Of a stretch of DNA of 56,711 bases, positions 1 to 10,000 are shown in pieces (positions within the stretch are counted from its first letter, which is position 1; the number at the start of each line of letters is the position of its first letter). The stretch is taken from positions 1 to 56,711 of IMG/VR virus record IMGVR_UViG_3300048587_000675; one strand, written 5' to 3'. This stretch comes from a virus. Its lineage: Duplodnaviria; Caudoviricetes. The translations under genes and the position numbers were made by a program. The notes beneath the pieces were generated by a model. It made no database searches and was not told where the DNA came from. It saw only the letters and a list, made by a program, of their open reading frames with translations.

Positions 1-23
1 AGTGGATATAAGAGGAGAAATAA

Positions 24-2660
24 ATGGGAAATAATCAACTAAAACTATCAGGAGGTCTCCGTTTAGGTAATGCTAACGCAGATCTATCAACACCTTCATC
101 AGGTCTTGTATACTTTAATACAGGATCAAGTCAACTTCGACTATATGACGGTTCAACCTGGGTAAGCTTGGCTGTTGCTTCTAACGAATTTAACGATAAC
201 GTATTTCGTATTCGTGATAGTGCCGATATTACTAAGAAATTAGCATTTGAAGTTGACGGTGTTACTACCGGAACAACTCGCACAATTACAATGCCAGATG
301 CTGATGTTGATCTTGGTAATCTCACCAATTCAAATATTTCAGCTTCTGCTGCGATTGCTTATTCTAAACTTAACTTAACAGGAAGTGTCGTAAATGCGGA
401 TATTAGTGCCTCTGCTGCTATCGCTTATAGTAAACTTAACCTTTCTGGCAGCATTGTTAACGCTGATGTCTCTGCTTCTGCGGCAATTGCCTACAGCAAA
501 TTAAGCTTAACAAACAGCATTGTTAATGCGGACATTAGCTCTTCGGCTGCAATCGACTATAGCAAACTTAACCTTGCTAATAGCATTGTTAATGCCGACG
601 TTGCTGCTGGTGCTGCTATTGCTAGAACAAAACTAGCTTCAGGTTCTGCACACCGATTGGTTGTAAACGATGCTTCTGGCGTAATGGCAGATGCTGCTGC
701 AATTACAGCAGATCGCGCTCTTGTGTCGGATGCAAATGGCATTCCTACGCATTCTGCAGTAACTGCCACTGAACTTGGCTATGTCTCTGGAGTTACAAGC
801 AGCATTCAAACCCAGCTTAATGCAAAAGCAAATGATGCTGATGTTATTAAAAAAGATGGATCGGTTGCTTTTACTGGCGATCAGTCCATGGGTGGAAATC
901 AGCTTACAAACCTAGGAGCACCAATTGCTGCTAGTGATGCTGCTACAAAATCATATGTAGATAGCGTTGCCGAAGGTCTTAAGCCTAAAGCTGCAGCTCG
1001 TCTTGCTTCAACGGCAAACTTGTCTCTAAGTGGTCTTGCCGACATTGATGGTGTAACTCCTGCTGCTGGTGATCGTATTCTTGTTAAAGATCAAACCGCT
1101 GCAGAAGATAATGGTATCTATGTTGCAGCAGCTGGCGCATGGTCACGTTCTACGGACTTTGATAGTCTTTCTCCTATTGATGAAATCAACGGAGCGATGG
1201 TTGCAGTTCAAGAAGGTACGTTAAACGCTGGAAAGGTGTTCGTACAAAGTGGAACTGTTACTACAATTGGAACAGATCCTATTGAATTTGTATTTTTTAA
1301 CTCTTCTGCTTCACTTACTGGTGGAGACGGTATTACAGTATCTGGTAGCAACATTAGTGTTGATCATGATGGCGAAGGTCTCACTTTTGTATCAACACAA
1401 TTAGCGCTAGAACTTGATGGTGCAACTCTTAGCAAATCTGTAACTGGTCTTAAAGTTGCTGACGCCGGTGTAACAGAAACACAATTAGCTTCTTCCGTAG
1501 CAGGATCTGGTCTTGCGGGTGGCGCTGGTACGCCTCTGTCTGTAAATGTTGATGGACAAGGTATTGAAATCTCAGCCGACCAACTTACTCTGGAACTAGA
1601 TGGATCTACTCTTAGTAAATCTGCCTCTGGTTTAAAAGTTGCGACCGGCGGTATTACTAATACAGAAGTAAACGCCTCTGCAGCAATTGATTACAGCAAG
1701 CTTAACCTTGTTGGAAGTATCGTAAACGCTGACGTTTCTGCATCAGCTGCCATCGCATATAGCAAACTTGCTTTGTCGAACAGCATCGTAAACGCAGACA
1801 TTTCGGCTTCAGCAGCAATTGCTTATAGTAAGCTGGCTTTGTCAAACAGCATTGTAAACGCAGATATCTCAGCTTCGGCAGCAATTGCCTACAGCAAACT
1901 TGATCTATCTGCAAGCATCGTAAACGCAGATATTTCAGCTTCTGCTGCGATTGCTTATAGCAAACTTGCTTTGTCGAACAGCATCGTAAACGCCGATATT
2001 GCTACGGGCGCTGCGATTGCTCTAGATAAACTTGCATCTTTAACGGCAGATAGAGCCCTGGTTTCCAATGGTTCTGGCGTAGTTAGCGTTTCTGCTGTAA
2101 CTGCAACTGAATTAGGATATCTTGCTGGGGTTACAAGCAGCGTTCAAACTCAACTTGATGATAAAGTTGAAGGACCTCTTTCTTCAACAGACGAAGCTAT
2201 TGCACGCTTTGATGGTACTACAGGTAAACTTATCCAGAATACCACAAATGCAACCTTGAGTGATTCCGGTAGCTTAACTATTGCTGACACGTTTAAACGT
2301 GGCGATAGCAGCATGTCAAACGTTGTAGAAGAAGAATATGTCCATAGTGCATCTTTAACTGCATCTACTACGGCTGTTCTTAGTTCTTTAACCTATGACA
2401 GTAAGGCCTTTAAAGGCGTTCAAGTGGAATATGTTGCCAGAAATGGTAATGCTGTAAGAACTGGCAAAATCCTCATTGTTAATGACAATGCGCTTTCTGT
2501 TGCTTCTTCTGATGTATCTCTTTTTGACAGTTCAACTGAAACTGCGGAAATTAACCTTTCCTTTTCAGCCGCTTTAAACGGAGATAACGTAGAAGTAAGC
2601 TATACGACCAGCTCAGGTACATACAGCATTAGCATGGACGTAAAACGGCTTAAAGTCTAA
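24..2660 (+). CDS. Repeat-rich virion fibre/decoration protein (878 aa)
   Basis: GAGGAG RBS upstream; two arrays of 22-aa SIVNADISASAAIAYSKLxLxx repeats; fibre-type motifs LTNLGAPIAASDAATKSYVD and GDRILVKDQTAAEDNGIYV; Ser/Ala/Gly-rich. Confidence 0.75.
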   Translation: MGNNQLKLSGGLRLGNANADLSTPSSGLVYFNTGSSQLRLYDGSTWVSLAVASNEFNDNVFRIRDSADITKKLAFEVDGVTTGTTRTITMPDADVDLGNLTNSNISASAAIAYSKLNLTGSVVNADISASAAIAYSKLNLSGSIVNADVSASAAIAYSKLSLTNSIVNADISSSAAIDYSKLNLANSIVNADVAAGAAIARTKLASGSAHRLVVNDASGVMADAAAITADRALVSDANGIPTHSAVTATELGYVSGVTSSIQTQLNAKANDADVIKKDGSVAFTGDQSMGGNQLTNLGAPIAASDAATKSYVDSVAEGLKPKAAARLASTANLSLSGLADIDGVTPAAGDRILVKDQTAAEDNGIYVAAAGAWSRSTDFDSLSPIDEINGAMVAVQEGTLNAGKVFVQSGTVTTIGTDPIEFVFFNSSASLTGGDGITVSGSNISVDHDGEGLTFVSTQLALELDGATLSKSVTGLKVADAGVTETQLASSVAGSGLAGGAGTPLSVNVDGQGIEISADQLTLELDGSTLSKSASGLKVATGGITNTEVNASAAIDYSKLNLVGSIVNADVSASAAIAYSKLALSNSIVNADISASAAIAYSKLALSNSIVNADISASAAIAYSKLDLSASIVNADISASAAIAYSKLALSNSIVNADIATGAAIALDKLASLTADRALVSNGSGVVSVSAVTATELGYLAGVTSSVQTQLDDKVEGPLSSTDEAIARFDGTTGKLIQNTTNATLSDSGSLTIADTFKRGDSSMSNVVEEEYVHSASLTASTTAVLSSLTYDSKAFKGVQVEYVARNGNAVRTGKILIVNDNALSVASSDVSLFDSSTETAEINLSFSAALNGDNVEVSYTTSSGTYSISMDVKRLKV

Positions 2661-2676
2661 ATTAATAAGTAGTATT
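2659..2676 (+). promoter_or_regulatory. Putative late promoter motif AAATTAATAAGTAGTATT, copy 1
   Basis: Exact 18-bp match to 12598-12615; both lie in intergenic gaps upstream of virion genes. Confidence 0.55.
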
Positions 2677-2682
2677 AAGAGA

Positions 2683-2709
2683 TTAACCGGACCACACTGG
2701 TCCGGTTAA
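2683..2709 (+). terminator. 12-bp hairpin (terminator or 5' stabilising stem)
   Basis: TTAACCGGACCA-cac-TGGTCCGGTTAA followed by a weak T/A tract. Confidence 0.55.
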
Positions 2710-2747
2710 CTTATTATTGCCAAAAATGAGGACTGAGGGAATTATAA

Positions 2748-5243
2748 ATGGCTAAAGACTTTCTAAAGATTTTTAAAGGTATTAATTTTGCAGGCCAAGC
2801 GTCTGCGCCTTCATCACCAGCAAACGGTGATGTATACTACGACACTACATTACAAAAACTTCGTTGTTATCAAAACGGAGTCTGGGTAGATCTTTCTGAC
2901 TCAGATGGTACTGTTCTTCTTGCTGATGGTAGTGCAGCAAATCCCAGTTTATCATTTACTAATAGCCCAACAACTGGTCTATTTCGTAAAGCTGCAGATA
3001 GTTTAGGTTTTTCTGCAGCCGGCGTAGAAGTTGGTAGTTATTCATCTACTGGAGCTTTTACTATTGGTCGAGTTGCTACTGGGGTCCAGCAAACATTAAA
3101 TACTGAAAACGGTCCTATTCTTGCTTCGTTTACTGCAGCTTTTAACAGTAGTCGTCTTTTTTACACTGACTCCACTACAGGGGCCATTGGACTTGCCGGT
3201 GGAACCGGAGGATCAAGCGGATCTAATATATACGTATTTGGCTCTTCTCATTCAACAAACGCTAATCAAATTTTATTTAGACTAGACACTTCAACAATTG
3301 GATCAGTAAACTCTAGTGGAGCCTGGACGCTAGGAGCCAGCGGCGGGACTCAGACTCATACGTTTAACGGAGCTAGGGTTGATCTTACCGGCAGTTCTTC
3401 AAATTTTAATCAAATTGTTTCTGATCCCGGCGCCGCTGGTACATTTCAACTTCGCTTAAATAATAATACATCCCAAGTTAATATTAGAGGTGGAAGCGGT
3501 TCAACATCTGCTGGATTGACAGCATACGGCAGCTCTCATGCAACTCGCGCAAACCAGCTTTCTTTTCATGGAGCATCTGGGACTGAATATATGTCCATGG
3601 CGGCAACAGGGGACTTAACACTTTCTACATCTACTGCTGGTGGAATTAGATCGCTTGTTATTGAAAATACTTCTACTGCAGTTGACATTCAACGAGCAGA
3701 TCTTCTTCTTAAAGTTGATGATAATTCAACCGGATCTGCTAGAATTAGATTTCAAACTGGACCATCTAGTACTCAATATACAACAATTGGAAACGATGCT
3801 GCAGATTCTGATTCCTTTATAATTGCAAAAGGAAATGGCCTTGGATCTCAAATAAATTTTAAAGTATCATCTAATAGTATTATTACACTAGGCGTTGTAG
3901 GAAACGTTGACACACATAATTTAAATGGTAGTTATCAGGTTTCCAGAGGAATGGTTTTAACAGGCTCAACTTTAACTACAACTAGAGTATTTGATACAGG
4001 AGCAGGATCTGGTCATGTTACAAATACTACTCAGATCGGTATTGATAGTCGATTTACAGCAACTTCTAATGCAACCGCTGGTGTTGAAGGTATAAGATCA
4101 AATCCAACAACAGTAAACGCTGTTTATACAGTACCATATCTGTCAGCATTTTATGCAAACAATTCAGCAAAAGGCGCATCGTCTACAATTACTCGTCATT
4201 TAATGTATGGAGGTACAACTCCAAATCAAGGTACTAATAATGCTTTTATTTCAGATAACGTTTCATTCACTGGTAACTGGTTCATCAACAGCACGAGCAC
4301 GAACCCATCACGCATCGGCGGAAACCTCGGAATCGGAACAGATCCAAGCAATGATATAGCTTTACGCTTACAAAGAACAATTCCAGGATCAGCCACTACA
4401 AAGTACTCGCTCTGGAATACGCCGGTATTTAGCAGTACCACAACTTCTGCTGGCCAGGGTGTATTTTCTCGTGTTGAACTTGAGAACGCTTCCTTCACAA
4501 TGGCCAACGCCTATAATTTTATTGCCGGTACTCCTATTAAAGGCGCTTCGGCAACTCTTACGCGCTATCACGCATTTTACAGCTCCACATGGACGGGCGT
4601 TGCAACAAACGCTGCAATGATAAGTGACAACACCAGTTTCACAGGGGACTGGGTTATTAATAGTACAAATACTAATCCTAGTCTATTAAGCGGACAAATC
4701 GCACTTGCTGGGACTTTAATTAATTCAAGTGCTTTAGTGCAAGTTGGTAGACAAGGATCAAATCAAACATTGTTATCAGGCGTAAACCAGCGCGGGTTAG
4801 AAGTTGATATTATTGGTAACACATCTGCAACAACTAACATCATTGGTATTAACTCGGTTACAAGAAGTCAAGCAAGTTCATTTACTTCTACATTATTACG
4901 AGGATATAATTCAGAAATTGTAATTGGAGCTTCATCTACTGTAACTAGGGCTGTTAATTATTACATTTCAACATTAACAGTTAGTGGAACTTTGAATAAT
5001 CGCGCCTCTATTGCAGATAACGTTTCTTTCACAGGCAACTGGTTTATCAACTCGACTTCTACAAATCCTAGCCTATTTAGTGGAACTTTAGAAGTCAATA
5101 CAACAACCGGCGTATTTAAACCGCCCAGGATGACAACGGCACAAAGAGACTTATTAACTCCAGCTGCTGGCGATGTTATCTATAACACAACTACTAATAA
5201 ACACCAGGGACATGACGGAACTAACTGGAACGATTTCTATTAA
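2748..5243 (+). CDS. Tail fibre / receptor-binding protein (831 aa)
   Basis: G-x-(V/I)-Y-x-x-T...W fibre motifs at both termini; DGSAANPSLSF motif; three DNxSFTGxWxINSTxTNPS repeats; C-terminal PRMTTAQRD. Confidence 0.75.
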   Translation: MAKDFLKIFKGINFAGQASAPSSPANGDVYYDTTLQKLRCYQNGVWVDLSDSDGTVLLADGSAANPSLSFTNSPTTGLFRKAADSLGFSAAGVEVGSYSSTGAFTIGRVATGVQQTLNTENGPILASFTAAFNSSRLFYTDSTTGAIGLAGGTGGSSGSNIYVFGSSHSTNANQILFRLDTSTIGSVNSSGAWTLGASGGTQTHTFNGARVDLTGSSSNFNQIVSDPGAAGTFQLRLNNNTSQVNIRGGSGSTSAGLTAYGSSHATRANQLSFHGASGTEYMSMAATGDLTLSTSTAGGIRSLVIENTSTAVDIQRADLLLKVDDNSTGSARIRFQTGPSSTQYTTIGNDAADSDSFIIAKGNGLGSQINFKVSSNSIITLGVVGNVDTHNLNGSYQVSRGMVLTGSTLTTTRVFDTGAGSGHVTNTTQIGIDSRFTATSNATAGVEGIRSNPTTVNAVYTVPYLSAFYANNSAKGASSTITRHLMYGGTTPNQGTNNAFISDNVSFTGNWFINSTSTNPSRIGGNLGIGTDPSNDIALRLQRTIPGSATTKYSLWNTPVFSSTTTSAGQGVFSRVELENASFTMANAYNFIAGTPIKGASATLTRYHAFYSSTWTGVATNAAMISDNTSFTGDWVINSTNTNPSLLSGQIALAGTLINSSALVQVGRQGSNQTLLSGVNQRGLEVDIIGNTSATTNIIGINSVTRSQASSFTSTLLRGYNSEIVIGASSTVTRAVNYYISTLTVSGTLNNRASIADNVSFTGNWFINSTSTNPSLFSGTLEVNTTTGVFKPPRMTTAQRDLLTPAAGDVIYNTTTNKHQGHDGTNWNDFY

Positions 5244-5261
5244 TTTAAAGGAGACCAATAT

Positions 5262-5627
5262 ATGATGAAACCAATCGATGACGAGGGAAGATCAGCTAAG
5301 CTTGATAGTCTTAAAGAACTTCTTAAGGCTTTCAAAGAAAGCTCCCTTCAAAAACTACCTAAAGGAAAAGGCGTATCTATGATGTCTGTTTCCGTTTCTA
5401 AGCCTAAGAAAGAAGATATGGAAATGGAAGATGAAGATCTTTCAGAAGAAATGTCTCCTGAAGCAGAAGAAACAATGGAAGAAGACATGATGCCCGAAGC
5501 CGAAGGTGACATGGACGAAGAAATGGAAGAAGATGAAGACGAATATGAACTTCCTGAGCCTTCTGTTCCTAGTGATCTTATGGACCTCGTAAAAGAAATG
5601 CTGATGCGTAAAAAAGAAGAAAAATAA
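5262..5627 (+). CDS. Acidic low-complexity protein, possibly internal virion
   Basis: AAGGAG RBS; E/D/M-rich; within the virion operon. Confidence 0.6.
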   Translation: MMKPIDDEGRSAKLDSLKELLKAFKESSLQKLPKGKGVSMMSVSVSKPKKEDMEMEDEDLSEEMSPEAEETMEEDMMPEAEGDMDEEMEEDEDEYELPEPSVPSDLMDLVKEMLMRKKEEK

Positions 5628-5837
5628 ATGAAGGATCATAAACTAAAGGCGCTTCGTAAGCTTTTAGATCTTATGAAGACCCGACAAACTAAGAAGTTGT
5701 CTCCTTACTCTGAAGGAGCCAAGCTATCTGGAATGGCAGGATATCTTCCTGATATGAAAGATGGCGGTAATATGGAACTTCAACGGAAGAAACTTCAAAA
5801 AGCAAAACCTTACGATCGCATTGAAAAGGATAAATAA
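5628..5837 (+). CDS. Small basic hypothetical protein
   Basis: Abuts the upstream stop codon; Lys-rich. Confidence 0.55.
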   Translation: MKDHKLKALRKLLDLMKTRQTKKLSPYSEGAKLSGMAGYLPDMKDGGNMELQRKKLQKAKPYDRIEKDK

Positions 5838-6031
5838 TGGAAGCTGATAGCAAAAAAATGAAGCTAGATATGCTTAAGAAGCTGAAAGATAGTATGAAAA
5901 AAGTTTCATATAAAAAACTCGGCATTAAGCAACAACCTGGCGCATCTTTAAAAAGCATGACAGATGGAAGTGGCGTTTCTAGCGTCAACCCCTCTTACCC
6001 TGGATTTAAAGATCCTTTTAAAAAGAAATAA
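5837..6031 (+). CDS. Small basic hypothetical protein
   Basis: TAATG stop/start overlap; AAGGA RBS. Confidence 0.55.
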   Translation: MEADSKKMKLDMLKKLKDSMKKVSYKKLGIKQQPGASLKSMTDGSGVSSVNPSYPGFKDPFKKK

Positions 6032-6043
6032 GGATAGTAACAA

Positions 6044-7018
6044 ATGGGATTTGACTACACTTCAGATGCTCTAATTAAAGACATTAAACGAAGAACATTT
6101 ATGCCTATTAGTCAGATCACATATGATGATTCTGACATTCTTGATTTTGCAGATGAAGAAACCCAAGTTGGCATTGTTCCTCTTTTAATGTCTGTAAGAG
6201 AAGACTATCTTGTAACCTATAAAGAAGATGCAATTCAAGCGGACACTGTTGCATATAATATGCATAAACGTGCTATTGTACAAAAACTTAAAGATGTCAC
6301 TGTAATTGAGTCTAATTCAAATCCTGCAAATCCTATTGAAATTAGTATTCCTAGAATTCAATCTGATCAAGCCCCAAGTGGTCTCCTTAATAACTACCCA
6401 GGGTTTTATGTCAGAAATAATAAAGTAATTCTACAAAATCCTGAAGCTTTCACAGGTCAAAAACTTCGACAGTACTATTTTCTTAGACCAAGCAAACTGG
6501 TTACAACTATTAACGCTTGTAAGATTACTCGTGTTGGTCCAGATTCTAGTCTTTCTCCTGTTCTTCAAGCAAATCAAATTGAAGTAAGTTTAATTCCAAC
6601 AGAATTTGGAACTACTGCAACTTTTAATCAAACAGTAGATATCGTAAAAGGTAATCCCGGATTTGAAATCCTCTCAATGGATGTAGAGGCTACTTTTAAT
6701 ATTAATACCCTTATTATCACATTTTCTAGTTTAACGGAATTACCTGAAGAACTAGAAGTAAATGACTGGGTATGCTTAGCTGGTGAAACTGTAGTTCCCC
6801 AAATACCGGTTGAAATGCATCCGATTTTAGCTCAAAGAGCTGCAATTAAAGTTTTAGAAGGAATGGGCGATAGCACTAACCTTCAACTTGCACAAGGAAA
6901 ACTCAAAGAAATGGAAAAGGCTATTTTAGGTCTTTTAAGCAACCGGATTGAAGGAGAACCACAGAAGGTTATTAATCCGTATTCCCCACTTCGCGTTTAT
7001 CCTTGGAGAAGATTTTAA
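6044..7018 (+). CDS. Putative head-tail adaptor (tail tubular protein A-like)
   Basis: Helical N-terminus (LIKDIKRR...DSDILDFADEE), beta core and C-terminal QIPVEMHPILAQRAA helix as in podophage adaptors; precedes the nozzle gene. Confidence 0.55.
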   Translation: MGFDYTSDALIKDIKRRTFMPISQITYDDSDILDFADEETQVGIVPLLMSVREDYLVTYKEDAIQADTVAYNMHKRAIVQKLKDVTVIESNSNPANPIEISIPRIQSDQAPSGLLNNYPGFYVRNNKVILQNPEAFTGQKLRQYYFLRPSKLVTTINACKITRVGPDSSLSPVLQANQIEVSLIPTEFGTTATFNQTVDIVKGNPGFEILSMDVEATFNINTLIITFSSLTELPEELEVNDWVCLAGETVVPQIPVEMHPILAQRAAIKVLEGMGDSTNLQLAQGKLKEMEKAILGLLSNRIEGEPQKVINPYSPLRVYPWRRF

Positions 7019-7041
7019 TAATTTAAAAAAGGCTGTTTAAT

Positions 7042-10000
7042 ATGCCACAAAGTATTTTACTAAAAGCTAAAGGTCTCCACACGTACCCAAATCCTTTAAG
7101 CGCAATCCCAGATGGCGCGTTAGAAGTAGCTAAAAATCTTGTAATAGATAGAGAAGATACTGCAGAACCAAGGCGTGGATTCAGTGAGATTGAATATCCA
7201 CTCGGATTATCAAGTGATAATAGACCCGACCAATTAATTGTTTATGGCGATGATGAGTTGATTGCTCATTATGGATTAGGAACAGATCCAACTAGACTTG
7301 CTTTTTTCATGTTTGAACAAGAGTTTAGTGCTGTTATTTCTTCGGGATCAAATGTTGTTTCTGACATATTGAGCACCAATGGTTACTATTCAAGTGCTGT
7401 TGTAAAAGCTGTAGTCATTGAAACCATCTTTTCTGGTGACCAAACCCTTGGATCTAATACTTTAACAAATGTACTAACCACTCAAGGTTTATATGTTGGT
7501 CTACAAGTTGGAGGCAGAGGTATACCACCTGGCACCACGATAACAGCAATCTCTGGTACCGGCCCATATACTGTTACTATTTCTAATAATGCACTTTTTA
7601 CTGCGGTTGGTAATACTATTACAGCAAGTAATGAGAATTTAATTAACCTTCCAACAGATACAAGAGCAGTGGTTATAAATAACAATAACCTGGTTTTAGA
7701 TCAAAATAGCTCATATACAAGCAGAACGTTGAATTTTGATCCTACAGATGTCAACACAACGACCGATCTAATAACAATACCAAACCATGGATTATTAGAC
7801 GGACAAACAGTTCAGTTTACTTCTAGTGGGACACTACCGGCACCATTAGCAACTTCTACTTTATACTATATTGTTCAATCAAATAATGACACCTTTAGGT
7901 TGTCTACTGTTGCCAACGGTTCCGGTATCAATTTAACCAGCCAGGGTACGGGCGTTCATACAATGACAGTCCGTGATTTATTTACTATTGGCGGCTGGAT
8001 TGATTATCCTGGGGTATTCGAAAAACCTGAAGGTAATATCAAAATTAGATTTGCTGAACAAAACAATTCTCTTTTCTTAACAACAAAAGATGGAATACGT
8101 AAACTTGATAATATTGAAGGAATACGTTTAAAAGCCACCGTCACCGATGGTTCTAACATTATTACAAATGTAGATGTTTTAGATATACATCCAGGTGAGT
8201 TAGTTTCAGGACCAGGAATCCCAGATGGGTCTATTGTAACAGATCTATTAAGTGACACAAGTTTTGAAATTGACAACAACGTTTCATTACCCACAGGGGT
8301 AGTAAGTGCAAGTGATCAGCTTATCTTTGTACAACCAAGGCTTGCTGGTATTTCCTATGCACTTGATGGAGAAGCGGTATTAACTACTGATTTCAGTGGA
8401 TTTTTACCTAATGACAGGGCAGTTCAATATTTTATTGTATGGGGGTATAAAGATGCAAATAACCGTATTGCTAGAGGTGCTCCATCTTCTGTCCTGGGGA
8501 TTGTTGTTTCTAATAATACTGGTGAATCTAAAAACGTCCAAATAAAGGCTACAATTCCTAATGATATCACACCCGCTCATTTCTATCAAGTATATAGAAG
8601 CGGATTTTCTGCAAATGCAGCAAGTATACCTCCTTCTGAGTCTCGTTTAATTTATGAGGCCAATCCCACCTTTACTGATATTATTAATGGTATTATCACA
8701 TTTAATGATAACGTTCCAGAAGAACTAAGAACAGGTGAGATATTATATACATCTGAATCACAAGAGGGTATTCTACTTGGAAACTTTCCTCCCCCCTTTG
8801 GAACGGACATTGCTTCTTTTAAAAATAGTCTATTTATTAGTAACATTAAAACCAAGCACACCCTTGGTCTAACGATATTATCGGTAAGCGGCAACTTTAG
8901 TATACTTGGTAATACAGACAATAGTACACCCTTTAAAGCTTTAACGATTTCTAATCCAGTTTTGAATATCACTGGAGATGTAACATCTGGTTCCCCTTTA
9001 ATTGCAAATATTTCACCAACAGATATGGGTTCCATTGCAATTGGAATGACAATTACAGGAACTGGCATCCCTGAAGGTACAAAAGTTGCATCTTACGATT
9101 CTCCTTCAAGCATTAGAATAACCAAGAATGCAACTGCAACAAACTTGGCAGTTTCTTTATCTTTGAGTATTACCGGTGTATCTCAAGGCCAATTGGTTTT
9201 TGGAACGCCCATTGGATCTGGTGCAAAATTAGTAGACACTTTTAATGAGTTTATTATAACATCAAATACAGTTAACGCTAGTCCAATGTTGTTTAATCTA
9301 TCAACAACAGCCGGTTTAAAAGAAGGTCAACCCGTTTCTGCTGCTTCTGGAATCCCAGCTGGCACACTTATTGAAAAAGTTTATGCAGGAAAATCTATAT
9401 CATTTGTTGAAAATAACACAGATGATATTACTGATACATTTACTCTAAATGGTCATGGTCTAGAAAATGGAAATGTTGTAACGTTTGAGGGAAGTTCTTT
9501 ACCTACCGGCATTTCCACAGGTACATTCTACTACATTATATCTGCATCTGCAAACACCTTTCAAATTTCCACCACTTTTGGTGGAAGTGCTTTAAACTTT
9601 ACCACCACAGGTGCCGGTTCAATAGTACTTTCACCACAGGTTAGAATGACCGACAACGCTTCCGCTAGCGTTAGTGGCCTCGTGGTAACCTTTGGAGCGG
9701 GCTTTAAATTAGATACGCCTTCTACTGCCACCACCACAGGCGCAACAATTACTTTTAAAAATGGAACGGGTGGAATTGAAGTTAATGATACTCTTACTGT
9801 AGCTGGAGTTACATATACGGCTGGCGCATATGAGGACTATACTGGCGTAAATCGACAGTTTCGAGTATATTCTCATGGAACCCCAGCTCAAAATATCACA
9901 AATACCGCCCTATCCCTGATTAGGGTTGTAAATAGACAAGGTTCCGCAATTGGTTCAACAGATGTTTATGCTAGATACACTTCTAGTATTAATTCTTTGC

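Noticed and set aside
1690-2000. 66-nt periodic repeats as a possible CRISPR array
   Set aside because: In-frame coding repeats with synonymous variation and no unique spacers; no cas genes
4251-5080. Fibre repeats as DGR template/variable regions
   Set aside because: Differences are not adenine-specific, all copies are coding, and no reverse transcriptase is present
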